DNA from: a virus
Direction: 5' to 3' (one strand)
DNA: 64,000 bases
IMG/VR virus record: IMGVR_UViG_3300045988_167691
Shown: positions 1 through 8,911 of the stretch, piece after piece
How positions within the stretch are numbered: the stretch's first letter is position 1
How the letters are laid out: every line of letters begins with the position of its first letter
Position numbers and translations under genes: made by a program
Notes under the pieces: model-generated
What the model was told of the DNA's origin: nothing
The model's input: only the letters and a program-made list of their open reading frames with translations
The model's database searches: none

Positions 1-2
1 AC

Positions 3-55
3 CTTTGTATCAAAGAAAAGAACTAATAATAACAACTAAAATAATTACAATCATG
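3..55 (+). repeat. 53-nt leader repeat, copy 1; ends with the ATG of the downstream CDS
   Basis: ctttgtatcaaagaaaagaactaataataacaactaaaataattacaatcatg is identical at 3-55 and 1037-1089. This explains the shared MYQRKELIITTKIITIM prefix in the ORF track. Confidence 0.9.
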
Positions 56-550
56 GAAACAAAGAAATTAACAGTAAACCAGGTAAAGAGTTTTGAAGAT
101 CAGCTCGCTATTGTTAACAATGGAGATAGCAAAAAAGCGGTTTTAGACTACAACGACAAGAAAATAGAACTTACATGCACCCTATCAAATACGAAGGTTT
201 GCCGGTGGGATAACAAATACCCGGAATCGCACAACCACTATATTGTAAAGTTCAAATTTGGGGGAAATAGTGCTCGTTTCGACTTTTTCGATAGTTTGAA
301 TAATTTCGAAACAGGACAAACCGATAAAACGGAAATAGATATTTTCGAAATGCTCTATATGTTCCTTTCAGATTGTCAAGTAGCGACAAACTGCTATTCT
401 TTTGAAGATTTTCAAACAGAGTTTGGAGGAACGAAAGAAAATTACAACGCATGCAAAAGAGCTTTACAAAAGTTTGAGAGAGTGTTTGCTGGGTCTGGAA
501 TTGATTTATACGAACTTTCAAACTACATACAAGAAAAATATAATTTTTAA
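53..550 (+). CDS. hypothetical protein (METKKLTVNQ...)
   Basis: Long ORF. Start moved to the ATG that ends the leader repeat. No recognisable motifs. Confidence 0.6.
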   Translation: METKKLTVNQVKSFEDQLAIVNNGDSKKAVLDYNDKKIELTCTLSNTKVCRWDNKYPESHNHYIVKFKFGGNSARFDFFDSLNNFETGQTDKTEIDIFEMLYMFLSDCQVATNCYSFEDFQTEFGGTKENYNACKRALQKFERVFAGSGIDLYELSNYIQEKYNF

Positions 551-553
551 ATC

Positions 554-790
554 ATGGAAAAGCGGGTGTATTACTGGAGTGTTGGAGACAAAAAATTTGC
601 CTCCCTCCAGAAAGCAAAAGAGTTTGTAAAGGAAAACAACGGCGCAAATTGTAGAAGGATAACAGGGCACGACAAAAAGGGGGAAATACTTACATTTACG
701 CCCTATGAAGTAACAAAGCGCGGTATTTCCTTTAAAAAGACAGTAAAAATAAGTGTTAACGATACAATAAATAAAACAGATAAACAATAA
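554..790 (+). CDS. hypothetical protein, 78 aa
   Basis: ORF tightly packed after the previous stop. Confidence 0.5.
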   Translation: MEKRVYYWSVGDKKFASLQKAKEFVKENNGANCRRITGHDKKGEILTFTPYEVTKRGISFKKTVKISVNDTINKTDKQ

Positions 791-796
791 CAATAT

Positions 797-991
797 ATGA
801 AAGCAATGGTTTTTTCTATTATTCGAATATTTTTAGCGAGTTTGGTTTTAGCTCTTATGTTTTTGACTTTAGAAGCTAATAACATTATACATGTTATATT
901 ATCTTTCCCTGTTTTTTTGGCAGTGCTTTATGTTGGCATAGAAGGGCTATCAAAAAGTAACAAACTAAACAAAGAAAAAGAGGTAAATTAA
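797..991 (+). CDS. small membrane protein (two hydrophobic helices)
   Basis: Hydrophobic stretches FSIIRIFLASLVLALMFL and ILSFPVFLAVLYVGI. Confidence 0.5.
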   Translation: MKAMVFSIIRIFLASLVLALMFLTLEANNIIHVILSFPVFLAVLYVGIEGLSKSNKLNKEKEVN

Positions 992-1017
992 CCTTTCTTA
1001 ACTGTATTTCCCTTGTT

Positions 1018-1041
1018 ATGTAAGAATAAAGTATTTCTTTG
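1018..1041 (+). promoter_or_regulatory. putative promoter: ATGTAAGAAT-N6-TTTCTTTG
   Basis: Same 26-nt architecture as at 10303-10328 and 20888-20913 on the - strand. Lies immediately upstream of leader repeat copy 2. Confidence 0.35.
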
Positions 1042-1089
1042 TATCAAAGAAAAGAACTAATAATAACAACTAAAATAATTACAATCATG
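1037..1089 (+). repeat. 53-nt leader repeat, copy 2
   Basis: Perfect copy of 3-55. Flanks diverge on both sides. Confidence 0.9.
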
Positions 1090-1359
1090 AAAGCGAAGGA
1101 ACAAATTATAGCATTTGTTGCTACAGAATTGAAAAACGGAAACTCCGTTGTTATGGCAACTTTGGGTAACGGTGGCAGTGGTTTAACGCTATTGCAAGGA
1201 GATTGTACCGAATTTATCGAAGAACTCAACACCTACTCTTTTGACGGAAGAGTAGAAGGGTGTCCAGATATAACGGAAAGCGAATATATAGAAGAAGCAA
1301 GCGAAATATATCAGTTTTCCAGGAACGACGGCTACAAAGTGCAAATTTTAACTTATTAA
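1087..1359 (+). CDS. hypothetical protein (MKAKEQIIAF...), 90 aa
   Basis: ORF starting at the ATG that terminates the leader repeat. Confidence 0.6.
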   Translation: MKAKEQIIAFVATELKNGNSVVMATLGNGGSGLTLLQGDCTEFIEELNTYSFDGRVEGCPDITESEYIEEASEIYQFSRNDGYKVQILTY

Positions 1360-1424
1360 TAAAGCAACTAACTAAACTAATTTTTAAACAAGGTGCGCAA
1401 ACCTTGACAAAACGCAATAAAGCT

Positions 1425-2147
1425 ATGACAACTACAGCTAACAACAACGAAAGAAAAGAATTTGTAAATAAAATAGGTTTTTCTGGATCGTTTTATAAAT
1501 TTCTTGGAGAAGAAATCAAAATAGGCAATCAAATTTTATATCCTGGCAATTATGAATTTGATTATCTAATAAAATTAGATGACGAGTGTAAAAATGGGCA
1601 TTTAACGTTTTCTTTTACCGGGAAAATCAAGGTAAAGAAGGGCAACGGACGTTATTATACTTTGATTTCCGGAGCTATAGGTGAAATTATCGCCTATTTT
1701 AAACCTGAACTTTCTATATTTGAAAAGTTGCATACTTGCAACCATTTAGGGCAACCAATGTGTATCGAAAATATTCGTTATCATATCAACGAAGGTAAAT
1801 CAAATCAAGAAATTTCGGAAATGTATAATATTTCTGATATGAAAGCGATCGAAATTTTGCGTAATGTTTCAGACATTAAAGATTTGTTTTATTATTTGGT
1901 TTTTCGTTTGGGTATTGCCGAAAATTGGGGAAATTTAGCCGGTGAAGCTATCCAGGAAATAGAGAAAAGAAATGGCAGCAAATTAAAAATAGAAGGAAAA
2001 GACCGTGTATATAAGCAGCTCCTAAAAGAAGATTATGAAGTATTGGAAAATTTATATCAATTAGGCTACGCATCTAATGCACAAAAGGAACTAAGGGACA
2101 AAGCAAGAAAAAGAAGATCAAGAACAAAAGGAACTAAAAGAGATTGA
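1425..2147 (+). CDS. hypothetical protein (MTTTANNNERKEF...); possibly continues to 2310 after a frame change
   Basis: First ATG after the upstream stop. Another frame stays open from about 2125 to 2310 with no start codon of its own. Confidence 0.55.
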   Translation: MTTTANNNERKEFVNKIGFSGSFYKFLGEEIKIGNQILYPGNYEFDYLIKLDDECKNGHLTFSFTGKIKVKKGNGRYYTLISGAIGEIIAYFKPELSIFEKLHTCNHLGQPMCIENIRYHINEGKSNQEISEMYNISDMKAIEILRNVSDIKDLFYYLVFRLGIAENWGNLAGEAIQEIEKRNGSKLKIEGKDRVYKQLLKEDYEVLENLYQLGYASNAQKELRDKARKRRSRTKGTKRD

Positions 2148-2498
2148 AGAGGAAAGAAATAAAGCTATTGCAATAGCACAAAAAGAATACGAAGTTAAAA
2201 AGGCGGTTGTTTCTTTTGGCATAAGTTGGAATAATATAATATTTTATAATCATAGTAACAAACTTTGTTTTAATTATTCGGATTGCTATAAAAAATTCCT
2301 TCCGATTTGATTAACGAATTTATTTGTACAAATGTATTGCCGGAAGGTATTAATGTAGTAAATGAAGATAAAGGACACTAAACACAAAGTGCTTTATCAA
2401 TTTAAGATAGAATATAAATACCTTGTCTATTTCTATTTTGGACAAACCACACAACAAATAATAACTAATTATCAATAATTTAAAACATTTATAAGATT

Positions 2499-3980
2499 AT
2501 GAAAGCAACTAATAATACAGATACTTTATTTATGGATATTTTTGTAGAACTGTTTGCTATCGCAAAGGTTTATTTCGAGGAACTTTTTAAAAACGCTGAT
2601 CCAGGAACGTACACAATAAAAGATATCTATGCTTTTATTGAAAAGAATATAGAAACAACAAAAGAAGGTAAATTAACAAACGTTAATCCTTATTTTTCAG
2701 ATAGGTACAAAAAAACTTTGGAAAAATCACCGTATTACTCAAATATAGATACATTTAATAAATATACAATATCTTACCTTTGTCGTGTTAATGGTGATAT
2801 TATTTCTATAGAAAAGGGAAATTTTAAATGCAGTTTTGATATTATCAAAGTGTTTGAATATTTGGAAAGGTTTAAAAAACTATCTGGAGCAAAAGACAAA
2901 TTAGAGTTTACAAAAGAAACCGAAATAAAAGAAGGACAAAAATCAACTTCTTTTGAAATAGAGTTAAGTAAAGAAGATATCAAATCTTTGATATCTGCAA
3001 AAACAGAGAAAAAGGACATCGTGGGTAGATATATAGAAAATACCGCGCATTTGTCGTTAACGGATAGCACGATATATGCAACGGATTGTTTTGTGTTGAA
3101 AGCAAAAAGAGTCGATGTTAAAAATGTTTTGGGTGAAACTAAAGATATATTAATACCGTTTGACGTACTTAAAAATATCGGTGCGGGAAATTGTAATTTC
3201 ACAGTTACCGAAGGCGAAAAAACATATAATGTTGTGGTAAAAAATACAGCTACAGATAAAGTAGTGTCTTATTCTTTCAAAAAGATAGAAAAGTTTGTAG
3301 ACTACAGATCAGTTTTCCCAAAACTGTACAAGGAAATGAACATTTGCTTGAAAGATGCGAAATCATTTGTAGATTGCATTAAAACACAGCAAAAACTATG
3401 CAAGAACTTCGGACTGCTTTATTTTATGATTCAAGTTATCAAAGGATCAAAGGAAATAAAAGTTGTTACATGCAACGAAGCGTACAACATAGATAATGAT
3501 TATAAATTTTCTGAATTTTCTTTTGAACTAAAAGAAAGTAGCGAGTTCTCAGGCAATTATTTTTATAGGTTTGTTGATGTTTTAAAATGTTTAAACGATT
3601 GGAACGGTAATTTATATTTTGATAACCTCCTGTCTTTTGAGACAAAAGTAGCTGATATATGCTTTTGTATATATGATTACGATACCAATAAATATTTTGA
3701 TAAATATAGTATTGTCACTATCAAACCGGATAAACTAACTAAAATAAAAAGGGGCAAACCTATTGCACAATACACAGACGATATGTTAGAACTTGTTTCT
3801 CTCGATTTAAGTTCAATGACGTATGTCGTAAATGGAGATATAGGAACGGCAAAGAATATACAAAGCATTGTCTTGTATGACGAAATAGGGAAAATCGTTG
3901 TTTCTTGTGATGATGGGGAAAAGATAGAATGTCTTTTTGATGGTGAAAGTATTTTACAAAGCGTTTTGAAAGAAATGTAA
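2499..3980 (+). CDS. DnaN-like sliding clamp with an N-terminal extension
   Basis: STIYATDCFVLKAKRV resembles the clamp ATDGHRLA motif. KIEKFVDYRSVFPK resembles the clamp G-x-FPDY-x-x-V-I-P motif. Confidence 0.5.
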   Translation: MKATNNTDTLFMDIFVELFAIAKVYFEELFKNADPGTYTIKDIYAFIEKNIETTKEGKLTNVNPYFSDRYKKTLEKSPYYSNIDTFNKYTISYLCRVNGDIISIEKGNFKCSFDIIKVFEYLERFKKLSGAKDKLEFTKETEIKEGQKSTSFEIELSKEDIKSLISAKTEKKDIVGRYIENTAHLSLTDSTIYATDCFVLKAKRVDVKNVLGETKDILIPFDVLKNIGAGNCNFTVTEGEKTYNVVVKNTATDKVVSYSFKKIEKFVDYRSVFPKLYKEMNICLKDAKSFVDCIKTQQKLCKNFGLLYFMIQVIKGSKEIKVVTCNEAYNIDNDYKFSEFSFELKESSEFSGNYFYRFVDVLKCLNDWNGNLYFDNLLSFETKVADICFCIYDYDTNKYFDKYSIVTIKPDKLTKIKRGKPIAQYTDDMLELVSLDLSSMTYVVNGDIGTAKNIQSIVLYDEIGKIVVSCDDGEKIECLFDGESILQSVLKEM

Positions 3981-3985
3981 AATGC

Positions 3986-4324
3986 ATGGACACAAGGAAA
4001 GGCAAAACTTTACACTATGTTTCCAAAGACGGAGTAAAGTTTACTACATGGAAGTATAGTACATGTGAGTATTGTTTCTATCTGGATAAAAAAACAGATA
4101 TTGTGAAAACACTTTTGCTTAGTGATTCAGAAAGGATGCAAGGTTTTTTCTATAAAGGTTATTTTGTCAAAAACATATTAAAACCTCAAAAGCAAAAGTT
4201 CTTGCCAGGTAACTTTTATCAGTTCATATACAAATTGGTATATGTCGGATATAAAATAGAGAACGGGAAAAGGCTAAAAATGTATCAATTAAAACAAATG
4301 GCATTTTACCCGGAAGTTCGGTAA
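3986..4324 (+). CDS. hypothetical protein, 112 aa
   Basis: ORF packed directly after the clamp gene. Confidence 0.5.
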   Translation: MDTRKGKTLHYVSKDGVKFTTWKYSTCEYCFYLDKKTDIVKTLLLSDSERMQGFFYKGYFVKNILKPQKQKFLPGNFYQFIYKLVYVGYKIENGKRLKMYQLKQMAFYPEVR

Positions 4325-4418
4325 GAATAACTATCTTTACCTTAACAAAGTAGAAAACCATATTTGTCGTAATGTTAGTTTATGTTATTATTAGTATTTA
4401 GTAATTAGTTTAGTTGTT

Positions 4419-4460
4419 GTCCCTGTCGGTACGTGATGTATAGGCAGGGACTTGTTTTTG
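4419..4460 (+). terminator. rho-independent terminator candidate
   Basis: Stem gtccctg/cagggac (7 bp) followed by ttgtttttg. Confidence 0.5.
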
Positions 4461-4512
4461 TATCTCTTTTGTTGTAACTTTGTCGGAAACAAAATATTAA
4501 AAATTTATTAAT

Positions 4513-4677
4513 ATGAAGTTACAAAAGTCTGTTAGCAAGCCTTCTATTAGGTGTGAAGGTTGCAAATTTATAAACGAATGTCCCTATCTGGACAAATCGG
4601 AATGCTTTCAGTTCAATAGTGCGGAAATCATAAAATCAAATCTGGAGGATATAGACAATGAAGAAACAGAAAATTAA
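4513..4677 (+). CDS. small Cys-containing protein, 54 aa (MKLQKSVSKPSIRCEGCKFINECPYLDKSEC...)
   Basis: ATG-initiated ORF below the track size cut-off. Overlaps the next start by 20 nt. Confidence 0.3.
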   Translation: MKLQKSVSKPSIRCEGCKFINECPYLDKSECFQFNSAEIIKSNLEDIDNEETEN

Positions 4678-5800
4678 TCAGGAACTAAAGTCATTTCCCC
4701 AAATAGGACAAAAAGATTTTTTGGAAATAATAGAGAACGCGCCAGAGGTAATACAAACAGCATCTAAAGAGTTAAAAGACGCTTTTGTCGCGCTTGAAAT
4801 GGCGGAAAGAGCATTGTCGGAATCGTCCGAAAGGTTTTTTGTTTTTGAAGGCAGTCAGGGGGAAGAGTTTACGGCCGACCTTAAAAGTTATTCCGCAAAA
4901 GGTTTCGTTGTCCGGCATGGAGGAACGAAAGCAGCAGCGGAAAAGGCACAACGGCAAAAGGAAATACATATAATGCCTCTCATAGAGGATATAAGGGCAA
5001 AAAAAGCTGTTTTCAATGACATTTATAGGAAAGAAATGCTTTCATCTGTCACGCCCGATATCCTTTCCTATATCGTGAAACTATTCGGGGAAATGAACGG
5101 CGTTGAAGATGTTCAGAAAATCCTAAAACAGAAAAAGAAGATCAATCTGACACAAAAGGAACTTCTGTCCATCTTTGCAAGAAAAAAGGCGGAAATAGAA
5201 AGCAAGCGTGCCGTGTTTCTTGCTTCTTCTAATCAATATAAGGTCGCAACGGAAGCCGGGAGACTACAAATCATCAACTCCATTATCATAGACTTACAGG
5301 GAAGGTATCATAAGTACCTGGAAGAAGGTTTAGAGGACAAGGCATTGATATTTGAAAGGGAAATAAGGAATATGCTTGAACAAGCCAGGAAGGAAGTAAA
5401 GGGAAACGAACTAAAACTGACTGTGGACGGAAAGATAGATATTACGGCCACATTGCATGGACAGGAAAACGTTTCACGTGTGTTCCGTACACTTCCCATC
5501 AATTCGATTATAATCGGTCTTGTCGCTGCCAAATCCGGTCTTGATCCTACAGTATTGGTGCATCAGCTTGCTACAAGTTATTATAAGGACTTCAACGGCT
5601 TTAATAAAATGATCCTCGGTAGGGAAAAAATCATGCTGCCAGGTGATCTGATCCGTGCTGCCAATTGGGACGAACTTGAACAGCAAAACCAAAAGTTCCT
5701 GGATGAAATGTCACCTTATGAAGTGCAAGAGGCTACCTATTTGGATGATGAAGTGAAATTATCTGTGAAAGAACGCTTGAAAGCTCTTAAACTGAAATAG
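4658..5800 (+). CDS. hypothetical protein, 380 aa, coiled-coil rich
   Basis: Long ORF with no diagnostic motif. Confidence 0.6.
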   Translation: MKKQKINQELKSFPQIGQKDFLEIIENAPEVIQTASKELKDAFVALEMAERALSESSERFFVFEGSQGEEFTADLKSYSAKGFVVRHGGTKAAAEKAQRQKEIHIMPLIEDIRAKKAVFNDIYRKEMLSSVTPDILSYIVKLFGEMNGVEDVQKILKQKKKINLTQKELLSIFARKKAEIESKRAVFLASSNQYKVATEAGRLQIINSIIIDLQGRYHKYLEEGLEDKALIFEREIRNMLEQARKEVKGNELKLTVDGKIDITATLHGQENVSRVFRTLPINSIIIGLVAAKSGLDPTVLVHQLATSYYKDFNGFNKMILGREKIMLPGDLIRAANWDELEQQNQKFLDEMSPYEVQEATYLDDEVKLSVKERLKALKLK

Positions 5801-5803
5801 GAA

Positions 5804-6328
5804 ATGACTATTAAGGACAGGAAAATAAACGTGTACCTAAACCGTGTAAAAAGGTTCAATGAGCTTTGCCCTAAAAATGGTTTCTATTGGGGAGGACTGC
5901 CCATTACACCCATTACAGATAGAAATATAAAGTCCAAACTAAGGGAAATGGAAGAGGACGAAATAGGAAGGAAATTGCAATGGCTAGAAAGAGGGATAAA
6001 ACTTTTGGAAGGACAGAACCGGGAGAATGACGGAAGAAAGAAGTTGCTACCGGAACTTAAAAGGTATCTTGCAAGAATAGAAAAAGGAGGAAAGGTAAAA
6101 ATAAGTCCTTCTGTAAAGGTTTTTCTTGTGAACACAGGATTAAGAGCGAGCCTGTCTCTTTTAAAAAGAGAAGGGCAGGAATGGATATTGTGCGATTACA
6201 GAGGAACAAGGATAAAAATGAAAATGCAAGAAACAACACTGCAAAAAGAAATCCTGTTTAGATTGAAAGCAAGGTTTGACCCTTCCATCCTTCCAAACAA
6301 GAAAACAGTTTTCAGAGCTTACGATTAA
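5804..6328 (+). CDS. hypothetical basic protein, 174 aa
   Basis: ORF 4 nt after the previous stop. Last gene of the + block. Confidence 0.55.
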   Translation: MTIKDRKINVYLNRVKRFNELCPKNGFYWGGLPITPITDRNIKSKLREMEEDEIGRKLQWLERGIKLLEGQNRENDGRKKLLPELKRYLARIEKGGKVKISPSVKVFLVNTGLRASLSLLKREGQEWILCDYRGTRIKMKMQETTLQKEILFRLKARFDPSILPNKKTVFRAYD

Positions 6329-6752
6329 AGCATCCTATCCTAAAAACAACTCTCCATGTAGTTCAGGGTATTTTGAATCTTTGGGAATTGTTACTATTTT
6401 GTTGTGTCCTTTTGAAAAGGCAATGTTTCTTTTGGCTTTTCGATAGGGAAATAAAAGACCGGAATACTCTTCTTTTCGTTATACATACTTTTAAATATTT
6501 TGTTTAAACAAAGAGAAAGGGAGCGGAGAACCGACTTGATTGTTTGAGTTCAAAGCTCCCTTTCATAATAACGTAATTTACTAACAACGAGAATGTTAGA
6601 TGCCTACTCTGTTAAGGATTTTCGGCTTCCTCCTTTATTAAAACGAACTTTGTTGATATGATAAATTAGGATAGTCTTTCTTTTTCACCTCCTCTCTGTT
6701 TGATAAGTTAGACAAATCGAATTTATACTTTTGCACATTATACAGGAAAATA

Positions 6753-7190
6753 TTATTCAATTGTTATCCAAATTTCCTCCCCTTTGTTTTGAATTTCTTT
6801 CAAGATGGAAACAAGTTTTTGTTCATAGGGAGTTGAGTTAATTACTTTCCCTTTTACTTTGTTTTCACCGACAAGGATACAGCCGGCAGTGTCGGAAGCT
6901 GTGTTCCCCCGGTGAATCAAGATGCCATCGAAATTAGAGACATTTAAAAGTCTGGGAAGCTCCCTTTCAAATCTGGGAGACATGTTTACAACAACCTGAT
7001 ATCTTCCATAAGGAATGGCTGTCTTTCCGGCAATCTTTATTTCACCATTGTCAAACTTTCCGTTTTTATTGATGTCTCTTACTCGATCCTCTAAAGTATC
7101 GCAAAAATATTCTCCATCAATGTACATTTTGCCTATTGTGTATGGATAATCAATAGGTGTTATTCTTTTTACTTTTATTTCCATAACCAA
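6753..7190 (-). CDS. DUF5675-like protein with a YkuD (L,D-transpeptidase)-like His/Cys motif
   Basis: ILIHRGNTASDTAGCILVG matches the H-x(n)-G-C catalytic arrangement. TLEDR and IPYGRY are typical of the family. Confidence 0.45.
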   Translation of the reverse strand: MVMEIKVKRITPIDYPYTIGKMYIDGEYFCDTLEDRVRDINKNGKFDNGEIKIAGKTAIPYGRYQVVVNMSPRFERELPRLLNVSNFDGILIHRGNTASDTAGCILVGENKVKGKVINSTPYEQKLVSILKEIQNKGEEIWITIE

Positions 7191-7195
7191 TTAAT

Positions 7196-7474
7196 TTATA
7201 ATATGTCAATCAAATTATTTATTGAAAATTTTTCAAAATCTTTTATACCGAACTCATCTTCTATCAAGGAATTGATGTAGTCTACATCTTCATATCTTTC
7301 TGTTGCAATCAGATTGTTTCTTAATCCTAATAGGTAATTAAGCCTTACAGAATCAATTCTGGAATTGATATAAAGCGAATGATTCTTTAGGTTTTTGACC
7401 CTAAGTAGAAGGATAACAACGGCAACCAATAGGAATGCTGTCACAACTGAAAGTATTATGATTGCTAAATTCAT
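7196..7474 (-). CDS. single-pass membrane protein (holin-like position)
   Basis: N-terminal hydrophobic helix LAIIILSVVTAFLLVAVVILLL. Lies directly upstream of the YkuD-like gene. Confidence 0.45.
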   Translation of the reverse strand: MNLAIIILSVVTAFLLVAVVILLLRVKNLKNHSLYINSRIDSVRLNYLLGLRNNLIATERYEDVDYINSLIEDEFGIKDFEKFSINNLIDIL

Positions 7475-7725
7475 ATTTGTTCTTGTTTATAAGTCATTTT
7501 CTCTAATTCAGTAATCTTCATATCGTCCGGTATTGTTTTGGATCGTTTGTAACGTCCTCTTTCAATCCTTTCGATATATCCTGCCTTACAAAGATAGGAA
7601 ATTGTTTTTCTAAGCGTGCCAGCAAAGAACAAAGTATGCTTTGCAAGGTCGTAAAACTCAAAAGGGCGATCTATTGAATTAATAAGTAACGCCAACTTTT
7701 GAAACTTTGTATTTCTTTTGCTCAT
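7471..7725 (-). CDS. winged-helix DNA-binding protein, 84 aa
   Basis: TLRKTISYLCKAGYIERIERGRYKR is a typical wHTH recognition helix plus wing. Confidence 0.45.
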   Translation of the reverse strand: MSKRNTKFQKLALLINSIDRPFEFYDLAKHTLFFAGTLRKTISYLCKAGYIERIERGRYKRSKTIPDDMKITELEKMTYKQEQI

Positions 7726-7746
7726 ATTGATATAGTTTTTGTGTAG

Positions 7747-7773
7747 TTAAAAATCGGGAAAGATTATTTTCCC
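7747..7773 (-). terminator. rho-independent terminator candidate after the MTase gene
   Basis: - sense GGGAAA-ataatc-TTTCCC followed by GATTTTTAAC. Confidence 0.4.
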
Positions 7774-7836
7774 AAACCATCTTTCCCTTGCGAATCATCT
7801 AACTTAAATTACTATGGAAAATACAAAAACTGTTTC

Positions 7837-8553
7837 TTATTCTATTATATAACTGAATATATGCTTTATGACTTCTACTGTCCAGCCGTTACCCAGCATC
7901 TTGTATTGTTGAGTGTTGCTACATTGCCATTTGTACCACTCAGAAATGGTTTGCAATTTTGCACATTCAGTAGGAGTAAGTCTTCGTATGCGGAAATTAT
8001 CTAATATAGCATGGCTTCCGCAACTCATGTTTGCCAAAACCGCAGGAGATATTCCTTGTGGATCATATATTCTGTTCTGTTGTCTTGGTTGTTTCCCAAA
8101 TTCATTTGTTTTGTTCAACTGGATTACTTTTCTTGAAGGAATACTTACCAAATCATATACGCCTTTTCCACCTACTCGTATGGTTTGGGATTTGTCAGAA
8201 GGATTTCTTATGTCTGCACCGAACCCGTTTTTCTTTTCTTTGTTTCTTTCTTTGTGAAGTTCGATCCCTTTAAGAGCCTTTTCAGAAAGAAAGAAGTGTT
8301 CATCCACCTCATCTTCCAATATATCTCTTAAAAACAATCCTTCATCTTTAGGTTGCGGAATGTTTCCGTCATTTATGTTTGTCCAATAAATCCTTCTTCT
8401 GTTTTGAGCAGATACAAGAGATGAATTAATATGGATTCCTTGCGTTCCAATGGCTTTATTAAAAACAGACTCCCATTTCTTTCCCATTTCTACATTTTCC
8501 AATAGAAACAATATATTGGGGTTGTATTCTCTTATTTCTGTAAGTATTCTCAT
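7837..8553 (-). CDS. dcm: DNA (cytosine-5)-methyltransferase, C-terminal fragment (motifs VI-X)
   Basis: LLENVEM (ENV), SAQNRRRIYW (QxRxR) and MLGNGWTV (GNG). The frame is open upstream to the G7 tract. Confidence 0.8.
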   Translation of the reverse strand: MRILTEIREYNPNILFLLENVEMGKKWESVFNKAIGTQGIHINSSLVSAQNRRRIYWTNINDGNIPQPKDEGLFLRDILEDEVDEHFFLSEKALKGIELHKERNKEKKNGFGADIRNPSDKSQTIRVGGKGVYDLVSIPSRKVIQLNKTNEFGKQPRQQNRIYDPQGISPAVLANMSCGSHAILDNFRIRRLTPTECAKLQTISEWYKWQCSNTQQYKMLGNGWTVEVIKHIFSYIIE

Positions 8554-8635
8554 GTACTCCCAAAATAAATAGGATTGCCCTTCAAATTCAAAGCCTTGTT
8601 CTTTTAGTTCAATGTATTGATCGAGCGATAGGATT

Positions 8636-8911
8636 TCAATATTTTCTTTTGTGCAAAGACCTTTTCTTGTCCCTGCAAATGAAAGATTGGTGCAAGGAGA
8701 CCCCCCCTATTAATAAATCAATGGGTTGTAAATCCAATACATTCACTTTCTTAACGTCACCTATTTGAATTGTATTGGGAAAATTGAGTTGTGTTTGTGC
8801 AATGGCAAATCTATCTATTTCAGAAGCATAATAAGTGCCAACGGAAATATTCAATTCCTTTAATGCTATTTGTCCGCATGGCATTCCATCAAATAAACTA
8901 AGTACATTCAT
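8636..8911 (-). CDS. dcm: DNA (cytosine-5)-methyltransferase, N-terminal fragment (motif I)
   Basis: VLSLFDGMPCGQIAL is the AdoMet motif. The frame breaks exactly where GGSPC should follow DLLIGG. Confidence 0.8.
   Translation of the reverse strand: MNVLSLFDGMPCGQIALKELNISVGTYYASEIDRFAIAQTQLNFPNTIQIGDVKKVNVLDLQPIDLLIGGVSLHQSFICRDKKRSLHKRKY
8701..8707 (-). repeat. G7 (C7 on +) homopolymer causing the frameshift in dcm
   Basis: Removing one G gives IGGSPCTNLSFAGTRKGL...LFLLENV, in frame with the downstream fragment. Confidence 0.85.

Noticed and set aside
5-52. N-terminal extension MYQRKELIITTKIITIM shown by the ORF track on two proteins (5-550 and 1039-1359)
   Set aside because: It comes from a non-ATG start inside the duplicated 53-nt leader. 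Both genes have a proper ATG at the end of the repeat, so the extension is read as a non-coding leader.
6500-6580. tRNA gene in the large intergenic gap (gagttcaaagctc resembles a T-arm)
   Set aside because: The paired ends are separated by only 27 nt, too short for a cloverleaf. No D-arm or anticodon arm can be drawn. No other tRNA-like sequence was seen in the gaps.
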